NCBI GenBank assembly: GCA_045106895.1
Contig: JBGCFM010000262.1
Span: 1 to 15,692 of the forward strand
From: Polyangiales bacterium
GTDB lineage: Bacteria > Myxococcota_A > Polyangia > Polyangiales > Houyiibacteriaceae
Length of the DNA stretch: 15,692 nucleotides
Direction: 5' to 3'
A program made the translations under genes and the position numbers. The notes under the pieces were generated by a model, which did not search any database, was not told the DNA's origin, and was given only the letters and a program-made list of their open reading frames with translations. This document shows, piece by piece, positions 7,462 through 15,692 of the stretch. Within the stretch, counting starts at the first letter, position 1. Every line of letters starts with the position of its first letter.

Positions 7462-7983
7462 ATGCGCCTACTTTCTCTCGTCCTTCTTGTCTCGACCTTC
7501 GCGTGTTCAGAGGAAGACGCCGCCCCACCCGCGGAGTCCGAATGCACGCCGATCACGATTCCCACTGAGTCCTTCGAGGCGTTGGCGGAGGCGCGGGCGG
7601 AATGGGAAAGCGCTCGTGAGGCGTCCGAGGTGGTCCGACTCCAAGTCCAAGCAGCAAGGGAGAACCCGGAAGGAGAGGAAGCGGAATCAGCGCTACAGGC
7701 TCAGTGGCTCACTCTCGCCGAGACCGCTCGCTCCAAAGACGGTCTGGTAGTAGAGCGATGCACCAGCCTCGACGAGGCGCTCCGAACCAACTCCGCCGGC
7801 TTTCTCCGCGGCGCGAGCGCGGATGAGCGCGAGGTCCTGAACGACGCCGTCGCCAACGTCCGCGCGAGCTGCGTCTACCTTTGGAGCGAAACGGAGCGCC
7901 CACGCTCGGAACTCAACTCGGACCTGGACGCGGCCCTTCAAGCCGCGGTCCTCGCGATGACCGACGCATGCCCTGTGGACTAG
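7462..7983 (+). CDS. Hypothetical acidic, predicted all-helical lipoprotein (173 aa)
   Basis: ATG 7462 gives MRLLSLVLLVSTFA-CSEEDAAPP with a lipobox. The mature part is Ala/Glu/Leu-rich with four additional Cys. The upstream in-frame extension to 6565 is antisense to pyrC. Confidence 0.8.
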   Translation: MRLLSLVLLVSTFACSEEDAAPPAESECTPITIPTESFEALAEARAEWESAREASEVVRLQVQAARENPEGEEAESALQAQWLTLAETARSKDGLVVERCTSLDEALRTNSAGFLRGASADEREVLNDAVANVRASCVYLWSETERPRSELNSDLDAALQAAVLAMTDACPVD

Positions 7984-8009
7984 CACCTCGACGGCGCAAG
8001 GTTTTTGCT

Positions 8010-8255
8010 GTGAGCCGAGTCGCCCCCGATGCGCTGCACAAGGCGAACATCAGCGGCGGAGCGCCCTATGGCATCGAGCTACCGTTTGCGGGTGTCGATG
8101 CCGTCTTTGGAAACAGCGAGTACAGCCTGCCGCTAGTGGAATACCTTCGTGAGTGTGTTCGCTGGGGCGGTTTCCCACGCCTGGCGCGATACGACGGGCG
8201 GGAGGATGTACTCGCCTTCGTCGAGCGAATGACCGACGGCATCGAACCGTTCTGA
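8010..8255 (+). pseudogene. Probable C-terminal remnant of a conserved hypothetical protein
   Basis: APDALHKANISGGAPYGIELP...LVEYLRECVRWGGFP looks like real protein sequence and matches, from memory, the C-terminal end of a longer bacterial hypothetical family. The in-frame upstream sequence overlaps the lipoprotein and is not protein-like. No RBS before GTG 8010. Confidence 0.55.
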
Positions 8256-8373
8256 CCCGTTCGAGCTCGGTGCTAACATTGTGTTTTCGGGGACACCCAC
8301 TACTCACCCCTATGAACCGCTTCTTCGCACCGCGGCTCCTAAAAGCCCCGAAGATGACGCCCTCGAGGAACGC

Positions 8374-9630
8374 TCAGTCCGCCTCCGCCACCATCGCCGC
8401 GAGTCGTTCCATCGCGTCCTCCAAGACGTCGATGGACGGTCCAAAGCTAAAGCGGATGTGATGGCGAAAGCGGCTCGGTCGCTGAGCCCGGCGACCGCCC
8501 GGGTTCACGTCGAAGAAGTTCCCCGGCACGCAGATGACCTTTCGGTCGAGGGCCGCCGCGAAGAAGTCGTGGGCGTTTCGCAGCGAAGGAGGAAGCGCCT
8601 TCAAATCTCCCCACGCGTAGAACGTGCCCTCGGGTTCCAAGTCGAAGTGCACGCCCATCGCCCGCAAGCGATCGAGGAGGAGCTGGCGCTTCGGCATAAA
8701 GGCTGCGCGGATAGCTGCGGATTCCGCCATCCCGTGCTCGTCCGTGAGCAATGGAATCGCCGCGCGCTGAACCGGCGCGACGCCGCCACCATCGAGAAAG
8801 CTCCCTGCGCTCGCGATGGAGTCGACGACGTGACTCGGGCCGACGACCCAGCTCAAGCGAAGCCCGGGGTAGCGCCAGTTCTTGGTGAGACCATCCACCA
8901 AGATGACGGGGTCGCGCTCCACATCTTCGACGTAGGCGGCGGCGCTCACTGGCTTCCCCTCGTCGTTCCAAACGTAGTGACTGTAGAACTCGTCCATGAG
9001 CAGCGCGCAGCTCATCCGGCGGGCGATGCCCACCCAGTCGCTGAGCAGCGCGCCGTCTACAAGTCGCCCCGTTGGGTTGCATGCGTTGCTCATCATGATG
9101 GCGCCGAGTCCGCGGCCTGAGATCTCCCGCTCAAGCTCGTCAGCCTCGAAGCGATAGCCGCGCTCAGGGTCGAGCAAGATCGGAATCGGCTGGAATCGCC
9201 GGAACACGTCCAGCAGCTCTTCGTATGCCGTGTAGTCGGGCAGAAAATGGCCAAGATGGACGGGCCCTATCGCGGCGCACGCACGCATGATGGCGACGCG
9301 ACCTCCGCCCTGGATCGCCACGTTCTCCGCGGTGTATTGGGAGGACATGCCTCGGCGGTACAGGCGGTTGTACATCGCCGCGACGGCTTCGCGAAGCTCC
9401 CATAGCCCGGGTACCGGCGCGTATTCATAGTCTTCCTCGGCGACGGGAATCGAGGTAATGCGCTTTGGCGCGCCCGGCAGAGCGCCTGTCTCCGGCTGAC
9501 CTTGGCCGAGGTTGCACCACCCCTTTGCGCCCATCTTGAAGCCGCGTTTTCCGGCTTCGTTGCTGACGTAGATGACGCCGGTACGGGGTACGCGGCGGAA
9601 AGAAGAGAGTTCACTCGGCGGAGACGACAT
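8374..9630 (-). CDS. PLP-dependent aminotransferase, class I/II (aspartate aminotransferase fold)
   Basis: Motifs NLGQGQPE, YAPVPGLWELREAVA, SNACNPTG, MDEFYSHY (PLP Asp), DGLTKNWRYPGLRLSW (Schiff-base Lys), GTFYAW and IRFSF. Confidence 0.95.
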   Translation of the reverse strand: MSSPPSELSSFRRVPRTGVIYVSNEAGKRGFKMGAKGWCNLGQGQPETGALPGAPKRITSIPVAEEDYEYAPVPGLWELREAVAAMYNRLYRRGMSSQYTAENVAIQGGGRVAIMRACAAIGPVHLGHFLPDYTAYEELLDVFRRFQPIPILLDPERGYRFEADELEREISGRGLGAIMMSNACNPTGRLVDGALLSDWVGIARRMSCALLMDEFYSHYVWNDEGKPVSAAAYVEDVERDPVILVDGLTKNWRYPGLRLSWVVGPSHVVDSIASAGSFLDGGGVAPVQRAAIPLLTDEHGMAESAAIRAAFMPKRQLLLDRLRAMGVHFDLEPEGTFYAWGDLKALPPSLRNAHDFFAAALDRKVICVPGNFFDVNPGGRRAQRPSRFRHHIRFSFGPSIDVLEDAMERLAAMVAEAD

Positions 9631-9695
9631 ATTGGTACACAGGGATGACCTCGAACGGCGCGCGAGGCAACTATCACTCTCCGACGACGGGCGCG

Positions 9696-12600
9696 CTAAA
9701 CCGCCTCACGAAGACTTTCGAGGTCGCGGATGAGTTCGCTCAAGGCCACCGGCGACAGCTCGTGGGGCGACACCAGGCCGGCGTCATCGTAGGTGTGTTC
9801 TTTTCGCACTTGAAGGGAGTCGAGGGACTGCTCGGAAGGGGACTCACTCATATCGCCGGCGAGGAGCCCGCCGCCGATGCCGAGGTTCGCCTCCAAGCCG
9901 CCCCCGAGAGGCTTCCGCAGTTCCCAGATCCATCCGGCGTCCTGTGGCTGCCCGCGGATCCAGCCACGTTTTTCTAAGCCGAGCACCTTGCCCGTTGCGA
10001 CGACGGTCCCGTCGAAACGAACAATGGACTTCGTCTTCACCTCCGAGTCTTCAAGAGCATAGGTGTCGCGAGCCAGCTGCGCGAAGGGTTGGAGCAGCTC
10101 GTAGTCTGCCAGCCGCTCGCCCCACGCGGTCATTTGCTTCGCCTTGAGCAGCAGCGGATGGGGAATCGTCACCACGTCGTCTTCGCAAAGCTCGAAGGCG
10201 TCGTCCTTCGCGTCGACGAGGCGCCTCTCTTCGTCGACCATGAACGTCGAGACCACTTTCCCCTTCTTTTGCACGCCCCACAGCAGGCGCCGAACCATGT
10301 GGATCACAAAGGGGTGCTCCAGGAGGAACGTTCGAAACGTCTGCACGTCCCACGTTCGCTCGGCGCACATCGCGTGCTCGAGGCGCCAGAGCTCTTGCTT
10401 GGCGATGGTCCGCGCGTCCTTCTTGAGATTCTTCCAGACCGCCGCCGATTCCTTCGCCAGCGCTGCGTCGTCGCTTTTTGCCGGCTTCGGGAGACTCTTT
10501 CGACGCTTGCCTTCGGCGTCCGTGACGAAAGGCACGAGCGCCTCATCGAAGCCGACGCGAAACGCACGCGCGCCAAAGGAGAGCTCCCGGGAGCCGTCTT
10601 CGTCGAGATCGAGGTCCGGCACCAAGCGGTCCGCCAGCTCTTCCCGTGTCAGGCCGCGGGCGTCGGCGATCTCATCGATGCGTTCGCGCGCTTTCTTCTG
10701 GAGCCCCTTGAAACGAATCTTGTTTGCGATGCCGCTCAGATGCATGAGCGCGATGTCCGAACCGATGGCGCTCAGCACACCGAGGCCCTTCACCGCGCGC
10801 GCATGGGCGCTCATGCCAGGCCACGCGCGAATGAGGGGCGCCAAACGCCTCGCGATATCGTCATCGCCGAAATGCGCCAGCGAGAGGAGCGCCCAGTCTT
10901 CCTTGCCCGCGGCGCCGGAGCCTAGCCACTGGTGAAAGAGCCCCCACGCGAAAGCGGCGAGGGAGTCCGCGTCGCACACGCGCTTGGCTTCGTTCAGACC
11001 TGCGTAGGTGTCATCGATCGTTGAGAACGAGAGCATCGTCGTCAGGTGCTCCACAGCGTCCAGGGGCAGCTGCGCGCCGCCGATGGTGGGACGCGAAAGC
11101 GCGGCGGCGTCGAACCACTTGGGCAAGGCCTTGAGCTTCGATGGGAAGATGTCCAGCGGGTCCGTGTCGAGGAGCGTGGTCGCCGCGGCTAGCGTTTCCT
11201 CGCCGTCCTTCGCGTTGTCATAGAGCGTCGCAAAGGCGAGCACCTCTTTGCGATGGGACGCGCCGAGAAAGCGAAGCGCGCTGCATGCCGCTTCTCTCAC
11301 CTTCGCGCTCTCGCCGGATAGAGCAAGGGGCAACAAGCCCGCAGCCGCGTGCTTTGGAAAACGGTTCATCCAACGCCGCGCGTGGGCACGGGCCTTCTTC
11401 ATACGGTGATGGGCATCCGCCATCTTCTCCGCGAGGCGTACCGAACCAACGTGGGACGCCATCTTGATGAGGTTCGCGTTGGACTCGACGTGCCGAAGGA
11501 CGCCCGGGAGAGCTTCCACCCCAAAGCGGCCAAGGACATACCCCACGTCGCTGTCGTAGAGGGAGAGCCCTTTCGGTGGTGTCTCATTCCAAAGGCACAG
11601 CGCGACAGCGTCGGACGCTTGGTGCAAATACGAGGCGACGAAATGCAGCTCGTTGTAGTCCGCTCTCTTCTTGGTGAATGCCTTGATCACGGCCTTGTCC
11701 ATCGCCGCACTTCTGGGTTTGAGGCCCGTCGGCAGCTCATCCCAGCGCTCAAGACTCTCGAGGTCGATGTCCGGCGTCGCCGGGGGTAGCGGCCGGCCGT
11801 AGCCGTCGCGTTCGCCATCCCAGACAAGCGTCTCGTCCACGGCGCAGGTCACCAGACCCGCCACCTGCGGCGCCACCTTTGGCTTGTCGCCACGAGACCA
11901 CGGCGGAGCAAGGAGCACCCCCGGAACAGCGCTTCGTTTCGCTTCCTTCTTAGGCGCGGCCTTCGCAAGGCTCGCACGGAGTGTCGTCTCCACGTTGCCA
12001 GAGGTCGTCTTCGCGGCGGCCTCTACGTCCGCCGGCGCATTGCGCGCCAGCGCCGAGAGGAGCTGCTCGGCGGCGTCCGCGCTCTTTCCACCGCCGTTCA
12101 TCGTCGCAGCAAGGGCATGCGCGGCGAGACGTGGATAGGCCGCGGCAAACTCGCCGAGGGCCTTGCGACACTGCTTGTCGCTCGCATGACGCGCCAAGGC
12201 CACGGCTGCCTCGGGGGATGGAAGCGTCGCGAGAAGCGAGGCGATGCTCCCCCGAACTTTCCCCTTCGTGCGGGGAAGAAGCTGGGCAAGGGGGACGGCG
12301 GCCTCATCGCCGAGGTTGTCGCGCATCTCCGCAGCGAACGCCGATGCGGCGCTCGCGTCGATGCCGCCGATTAGAGCCTTGATGCGCTCCGCGTCACGTA
12401 GCGAGGCGAGGAGCTCACCGGCGAAAATGGGCCACCAGTTTCGCACCTTTGTCGCGACTTCGTCGTCTTCCATCATGGCGAGGGCGTCCTCTACGGCGAA
12501 GGCAGGCTCGTCAGGAAATGCGAAAGCGATGACGCAGCGCATGGGAAGCGTCGCGCGTTTCCGAATCGCTTTGGCTTCCTTGAGCGCCGCGGCGTAGTCC

Positions 12601-13322
12601 TTGCGCCCGAGGCGCGCGACGAGCTGGCGAAGAGCCAGGTGGGAGCGCGGGTTCTTCTTCACCCACAAGAAATACGTATCATCGAAGTTCGCGTGGGTAT
12701 GACCCCACGGGTCCCAGCGCCACCGCTCGAAGAACGCGCGCACCATGAACGCGCTGCCTTCCTTGGCGAGCCACCACGAGAGCAGGGTGTCGTAGTCGTA
12801 GAAGAGAGTCCCGTACGCGCCCTCGACGGCAGCATCGAGGGGCGCGCCGCTGTCCTTCTTTGGCCCAAGGCTCTCCCTCGCTTTGCCTAAGAGCGCAACG
12901 AAGTCGTCGGGCTTCCGGAGGTACTTCGTGCTCGGCTTTTCCTTGCGCATCCAAGACGCGATGGGTTTTCGAAGCGGTGCCACATCGAAGACGGGCGAGG
13001 ACTTGGGTCGCGCCCCTGAAGCAGCCAGCAAGCTCTCCGTAGGGACCACCCTCTTCGTCGCGCTCTTCTTTGGCGCAGCCTTCTTCGCCTTGGAAACGCT
13101 CTTGTTGGCGGCCTCCGCGCCGACCTCCACGTATCCCTTCTTCGTCTTCGACGCGACGAGCTTCTCCATCGCTGTTTCAGCGGCGTCGCCGTCCGCGTGC
13201 GCCTTGTCCTTGGTCTGACCGTCCGTCCCGATGCGTCCGTAGCTCACCGTCACGACGGCGCCCTTTCGTTTCACGGACCAGAACTTGTTGGACTTCCCAT
13301 CGCTCAGCTCGAAACGTCGCAT
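9696..13322 (-). CDS. WGR and DUF4132 domain protein (MolR/YehI-like), 1208 aa
   Basis: N-terminal WGR domain (SNKFW...VTVSYGRIGTDGQ...KTKKGYVE, about 13122-13322), a Lys/Ala linker and a helical-repeat middle. C-terminal DUF4132 signature LADRLVPDLDL...GKRRKSLPKP...RLEHAM...EHP...RRLLWG...HP...DYELLQPFAQLAR. RBS GAGGTG immediately upstream. Confidence 0.92.
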   Translation of the reverse strand: MRRFELSDGKSNKFWSVKRKGAVVTVSYGRIGTDGQTKDKAHADGDAAETAMEKLVASKTKKGYVEVGAEAANKSVSKAKKAAPKKSATKRVVPTESLLAASGARPKSSPVFDVAPLRKPIASWMRKEKPSTKYLRKPDDFVALLGKARESLGPKKDSGAPLDAAVEGAYGTLFYDYDTLLSWWLAKEGSAFMVRAFFERWRWDPWGHTHANFDDTYFLWVKKNPRSHLALRQLVARLGRKDYAAALKEAKAIRKRATLPMRCVIAFAFPDEPAFAVEDALAMMEDDEVATKVRNWWPIFAGELLASLRDAERIKALIGGIDASAASAFAAEMRDNLGDEAAVPLAQLLPRTKGKVRGSIASLLATLPSPEAAVALARHASDKQCRKALGEFAAAYPRLAAHALAATMNGGGKSADAAEQLLSALARNAPADVEAAAKTTSGNVETTLRASLAKAAPKKEAKRSAVPGVLLAPPWSRGDKPKVAPQVAGLVTCAVDETLVWDGERDGYGRPLPPATPDIDLESLERWDELPTGLKPRSAAMDKAVIKAFTKKRADYNELHFVASYLHQASDAVALCLWNETPPKGLSLYDSDVGYVLGRFGVEALPGVLRHVESNANLIKMASHVGSVRLAEKMADAHHRMKKARAHARRWMNRFPKHAAAGLLPLALSGESAKVREAACSALRFLGASHRKEVLAFATLYDNAKDGEETLAAATTLLDTDPLDIFPSKLKALPKWFDAAALSRPTIGGAQLPLDAVEHLTTMLSFSTIDDTYAGLNEAKRVCDADSLAAFAWGLFHQWLGSGAAGKEDWALLSLAHFGDDDIARRLAPLIRAWPGMSAHARAVKGLGVLSAIGSDIALMHLSGIANKIRFKGLQKKARERIDEIADARGLTREELADRLVPDLDLDEDGSRELSFGARAFRVGFDEALVPFVTDAEGKRRKSLPKPAKSDDAALAKESAAVWKNLKKDARTIAKQELWRLEHAMCAERTWDVQTFRTFLLEHPFVIHMVRRLLWGVQKKGKVVSTFMVDEERRLVDAKDDAFELCEDDVVTIPHPLLLKAKQMTAWGERLADYELLQPFAQLARDTYALEDSEVKTKSIVRFDGTVVATGKVLGLEKRGWIRGQPQDAGWIWELRKPLGGGLEANLGIGGGLLAGDMSESPSEQSLDSLQVRKEHTYDDAGLVSPHELSPVALSELIRDLESLREAV

Positions 13323-13385
13323 GTCACCTCAACCAAGAGGCTATCCGACGCCGCCTTCCCACAGAAGGCCCGTGCCCCCACCCGT

Positions 13386-14216
13386 TTAGAATCGACCCCG
13401 GACGCTGACGCTGCCAAGCCCCACATCGACTTGAGCACGAGAGTCGTCGTCTGAACCACCGCCAACAATCCACCAGATAACGCCCGTGACCGTAACGACC
13501 CCCCCCACCGCGAGGAGAACATCCGTCGTCAGGTTGATGCGGCGGAGTCCGTCGATGTCGGACTGGGCGTCGGCGCCGCAGAGTCCGTCGACGCAGCTTG
13601 ACTCAAGGTCGGAGTGCCGACCATTCGATACCAGCGCCGTGGCGAGGCCCGCGATCAAAAGGGCGCCTCCCGTCGCCGTCGTCACGATGGCCCCAACCGG
13701 CAGACCGGAAGACTGCACAGCTTCGTTCACGTTCTCCTCGGCCCCCTGTTCACCTTCACCGACTTCCGCCTCAGCTTCGCTCTCTGCTTGCGCGTCAGCT
13801 TCGGTAGCCGCTGCCGCTTCCCGCGCCGCGTCCTCGCGCGCCGCGGCTTCTCGCGCCGCCTCCACTTGCTCCTCAAGCAACGCGAGGCGCCGTTCGACGT
13901 AGTTTTTGTTGTCGGCGTTCGGGACCGCAGCAAGGTACTCGCGGTAGTCCGTCGCGGCCTCTTCTGCTTGGCCGAGTCGGTCGTGAGCTGTGCCGATGTT
14001 GTAGAGCAACGCCGGGAGATGCGTGAGGTCGTAGGCCTCTTGCCAGCGCGCGAGGGCGGCTTCGAAACGCCCGTCTTCGAAAGCGACAACGCCCGCGTCA
14101 TAGAGCGAGCGAGCTTCCGCCTGGTTGTCGGTCTGCGCCACCGCCGGCAGCGCGCACGAGAGCGCAACGACGAAGAGAACGAACGCGGAAGAAGTGGTTG
14201 TCATCATCAGCCTCAT
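13386..14216 (-). CDS. Secreted TPR protein with a Gly-rich hydrophobic hairpin and C-terminal beta-strand ending in GRF (myxobacterial type)
   Basis: Signal peptide (...ALPAVA-Q), TPR helices (ARSLYDAGVVAFEDGRFEAALARWQEAY; LLYNIGTAHDRLGQAEEAATDYREYL), an acidic EAAR linker, two hydrophobic segments flanking C-VDGL-C, and the terminus VDVGLGSVSVRGRF. ATGA overlap with the upstream gene. Confidence 0.88.
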   Translation of the reverse strand: MRLMMTTTSSAFVLFVVALSCALPAVAQTDNQAEARSLYDAGVVAFEDGRFEAALARWQEAYDLTHLPALLYNIGTAHDRLGQAEEAATDYREYLAAVPNADNKNYVERRLALLEEQVEAAREAAAREDAAREAAAATEADAQAESEAEAEVGEGEQGAEENVNEAVQSSGLPVGAIVTTATGGALLIAGLATALVSNGRHSDLESSCVDGLCGADAQSDIDGLRRINLTTDVLLAVGGVVTVTGVIWWIVGGGSDDDSRAQVDVGLGSVSVRGRF

Positions 14217-15691
14217 CGCGTCACCTCCTGCGGCGTGAAGTGGATATCTGGAGAAGTCCCCAGTTTTCCGTGGTCATTTAGACCCCAGCACTGCCAAGAG
14301 CCCCCTTCGCTGCCAGCGCAGTTGGCGAAGTCTTGGTTTGAACCCGCAGCCACGCTCTGAGCGCTGACTCCCGGAACGACCTGAGGAACGGGGGACCCAG
14401 GCCCGGCAACGCCGAGCTGTGAGAACGTATTGTCTCCCCAGCAGCGAACGGAGTCGTCGTCATAGGCGGCGCAGCTCGACACATAACCCGCTGCGACGGA
14501 GAGCGGAATCGGCCCAGAAGCCTCCACTTCCGTCGGGATGCTGGAATCGCTCATCGACCCATCGCCACGTTGACCGGCGGAGCCTGCGCCCCAACAGAGC
14601 ACGCGGGCGGGGGTTCCGGCGATGGCACAGATGTGTTCGCTTCCCGCCTCGATGCTCGTCGCGTCCGTGACCATGGTGCGAACCGGTAGCGACGACGCGG
14701 GAGACATCGCGTGCCCCAGCTGTCCGCGCGCGCCGCCGCCCCAACACACCACCTGACCTTCTTCGCCGCCCGAGAGGATGGCGCATGCGAACGCTCCTCC
14801 GAGCGAGATTTGACTTGCTTGGATGCGGACGCCGTCCAGCTCAACGTAGGTCGGCGGCTCACTGGTCCCCGCGACGGCGAGCTGACCCATTTGCCCGCTA
14901 TCGTTCGCGCCCCAGCACATCACCTCGTCGCCTGCGACGATGGCGCAGGTGTGTGCCGCGGCCATATCGACGCTCGTCGCCGATGGCACGCCTGGCACGA
15001 GCACGGGAATTCTCGTCGATTCGCCGACATCTCCGAGACGTCCCCGCGGGTTCGTCGACCAGCAGTGCAAACCGCTTCCTGACGACGAGGTCCCAATGGC
15101 GCAGGCTCCGCCAAAGTCGCTGCGCGCGACGTCCGTCACGGCGCTCAAGCCCGGGATCTGAAACGGGTAGGCGTAGCTGCGATTGCTATCATTACCAAAG
15201 TCGGTCCGCCCTCCGGCTCCCCAACAGTATGCGTTCCCTTCGCTCACGGCGCAGGTTCCTTCCGTGCCCATCGCCACGTTCGAGAGTGCCATCACCGCGG
15301 CGCCGTCCTCGTCGACAACCGGCGCGGGAACTTCTTCCACCAGAGACTCACGCAAAACTGTCCCGTAGATCGAGTAGCCCCAACAGCGAAGCTCGCCCGT
15401 AGCGTCGAGCCCGCACCCGCCGCGGTAGCCCCCGTCCATGGCGTGAAAACCGTCGAGCAAGGCGGACCCGCGAGGGGATGTAGCGCCACCGTCTCCGGTG
15501 ATGCCGTCGCCAAAGTCCGCCTGCAGTTCTCTTCCTAAACACTTCGCTTCGCCGCTCAGCTCAACCCAGCAGAACGCGAAGTTGAAAATGGCGACGTCAG
15601 CGACATCCGAAGCGACCAAGACTGGCGTCGTTTCGACGTCCAGCCCCACGTGTCCCCAGCAGATGAGATCGTCATCTTCGTCGATGGCGCA
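14213..15691 (-). CDS. RCC1/BLIP-II-like beta-propeller repeat protein, 5' end outside the window
   Basis: Repeated units of C(A/G)-x(5-10)-CWG-x-(N/G)-x2-GQLG-x(8-10)-P-x2-V (e.g. HTCAIVAGDEVMCWGANDSGQMG, VVCWGGGARGQLG, VRCWGDNTFSQLG). The frame stays open beyond GTG 15649 to the edge and reads CAIDEDDDLICWGH, another repeat. Confidence 0.93.
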   Translation of the reverse strand, partial: CAIDEDDDLICWGHVGLDVETTPVLVASDVADVAIFNFAFCWVELSGEAKCLGRELQADFGDGITGDGGATSPRGSALLDGFHAMDGGYRGGCGLDATGELRCWGYSIYGTVLRESLVEEVPAPVVDEDGAAVMALSNVAMGTEGTCAVSEGNAYCWGAGGRTDFGNDSNRSYAYPFQIPGLSAVTDVARSDFGGACAIGTSSSGSGLHCWSTNPRGRLGDVGESTRIPVLVPGVPSATSVDMAAAHTCAIVAGDEVMCWGANDSGQMGQLAVAGTSEPPTYVELDGVRIQASQISLGGAFACAILSGGEEGQVVCWGGGARGQLGHAMSPASSLPVRTMVTDATSIEAGSEHICAIAGTPARVLCWGAGSAGQRGDGSMSDSSIPTEVEASGPIPLSVAAGYVSSCAAYDDDSVRCWGDNTFSQLGVAGPGSPVPQVVPGVSAQSVAAGSNQDFANCAGSEGGSWQCWGLNDHGKLGTSPDIHFTPQEVTR

Positions 15692-15692
15692 G

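Noticed and set aside
13805..13865. Short tandem repeat encoding EAAREAAAREDAAREAAAA
   Set aside because: A degenerate coding repeat in a helical linker, not a CRISPR array or a perfect VNTR.
1..15692. Mobile element, prophage, CRISPR array or structural RNA genes
   Set aside because: I found no transposase, integrase or phage gene, no regularly spaced repeats and no rRNA- or tRNA-like sequence by eye.

Overview
GC-rich bacterial chromosomal window with 14 coding regions and no rRNA, tRNA, CRISPR array or transposase that I can support. The mix of Cys-rich lipoproteins, a TPR protein ending in a GRF strand and an RCC1-repeat protein suggests Myxococcota (inference). Recognisable enzymes are an ECI2-type enoyl-CoA isomerase, Sua5/TsaC, an E. 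coli-type dihydroorotase PyrC (coupled to sua5 by an ATGA overlap) and a class I/II PLP aminotransferase. Accessory genes are four predicted lipoproteins, a probable outer-membrane beta-barrel, a basic DUF3102-like protein, a gene remnant, a 1208-aa WGR-DUF4132 (MolR/YehI-like) protein, and a coupled RCC1-repeat/TPR pair cut by the right edge. The best leads are: (i) an apparently leaderless DUF3102-like DNA-binding protein with a ParB-like C-terminal domain and repeats upstream; (ii) the coupled Cys-lipoprotein/beta-barrel pair; (iii) the RCC1-TPR-WGR/DUF4132 run; (iv) the possibly horizontally acquired pyrC-sua5 unit with a nested inverted repeat upstream. All family calls are by eye, with no database search, and no complete new system is demonstrated.
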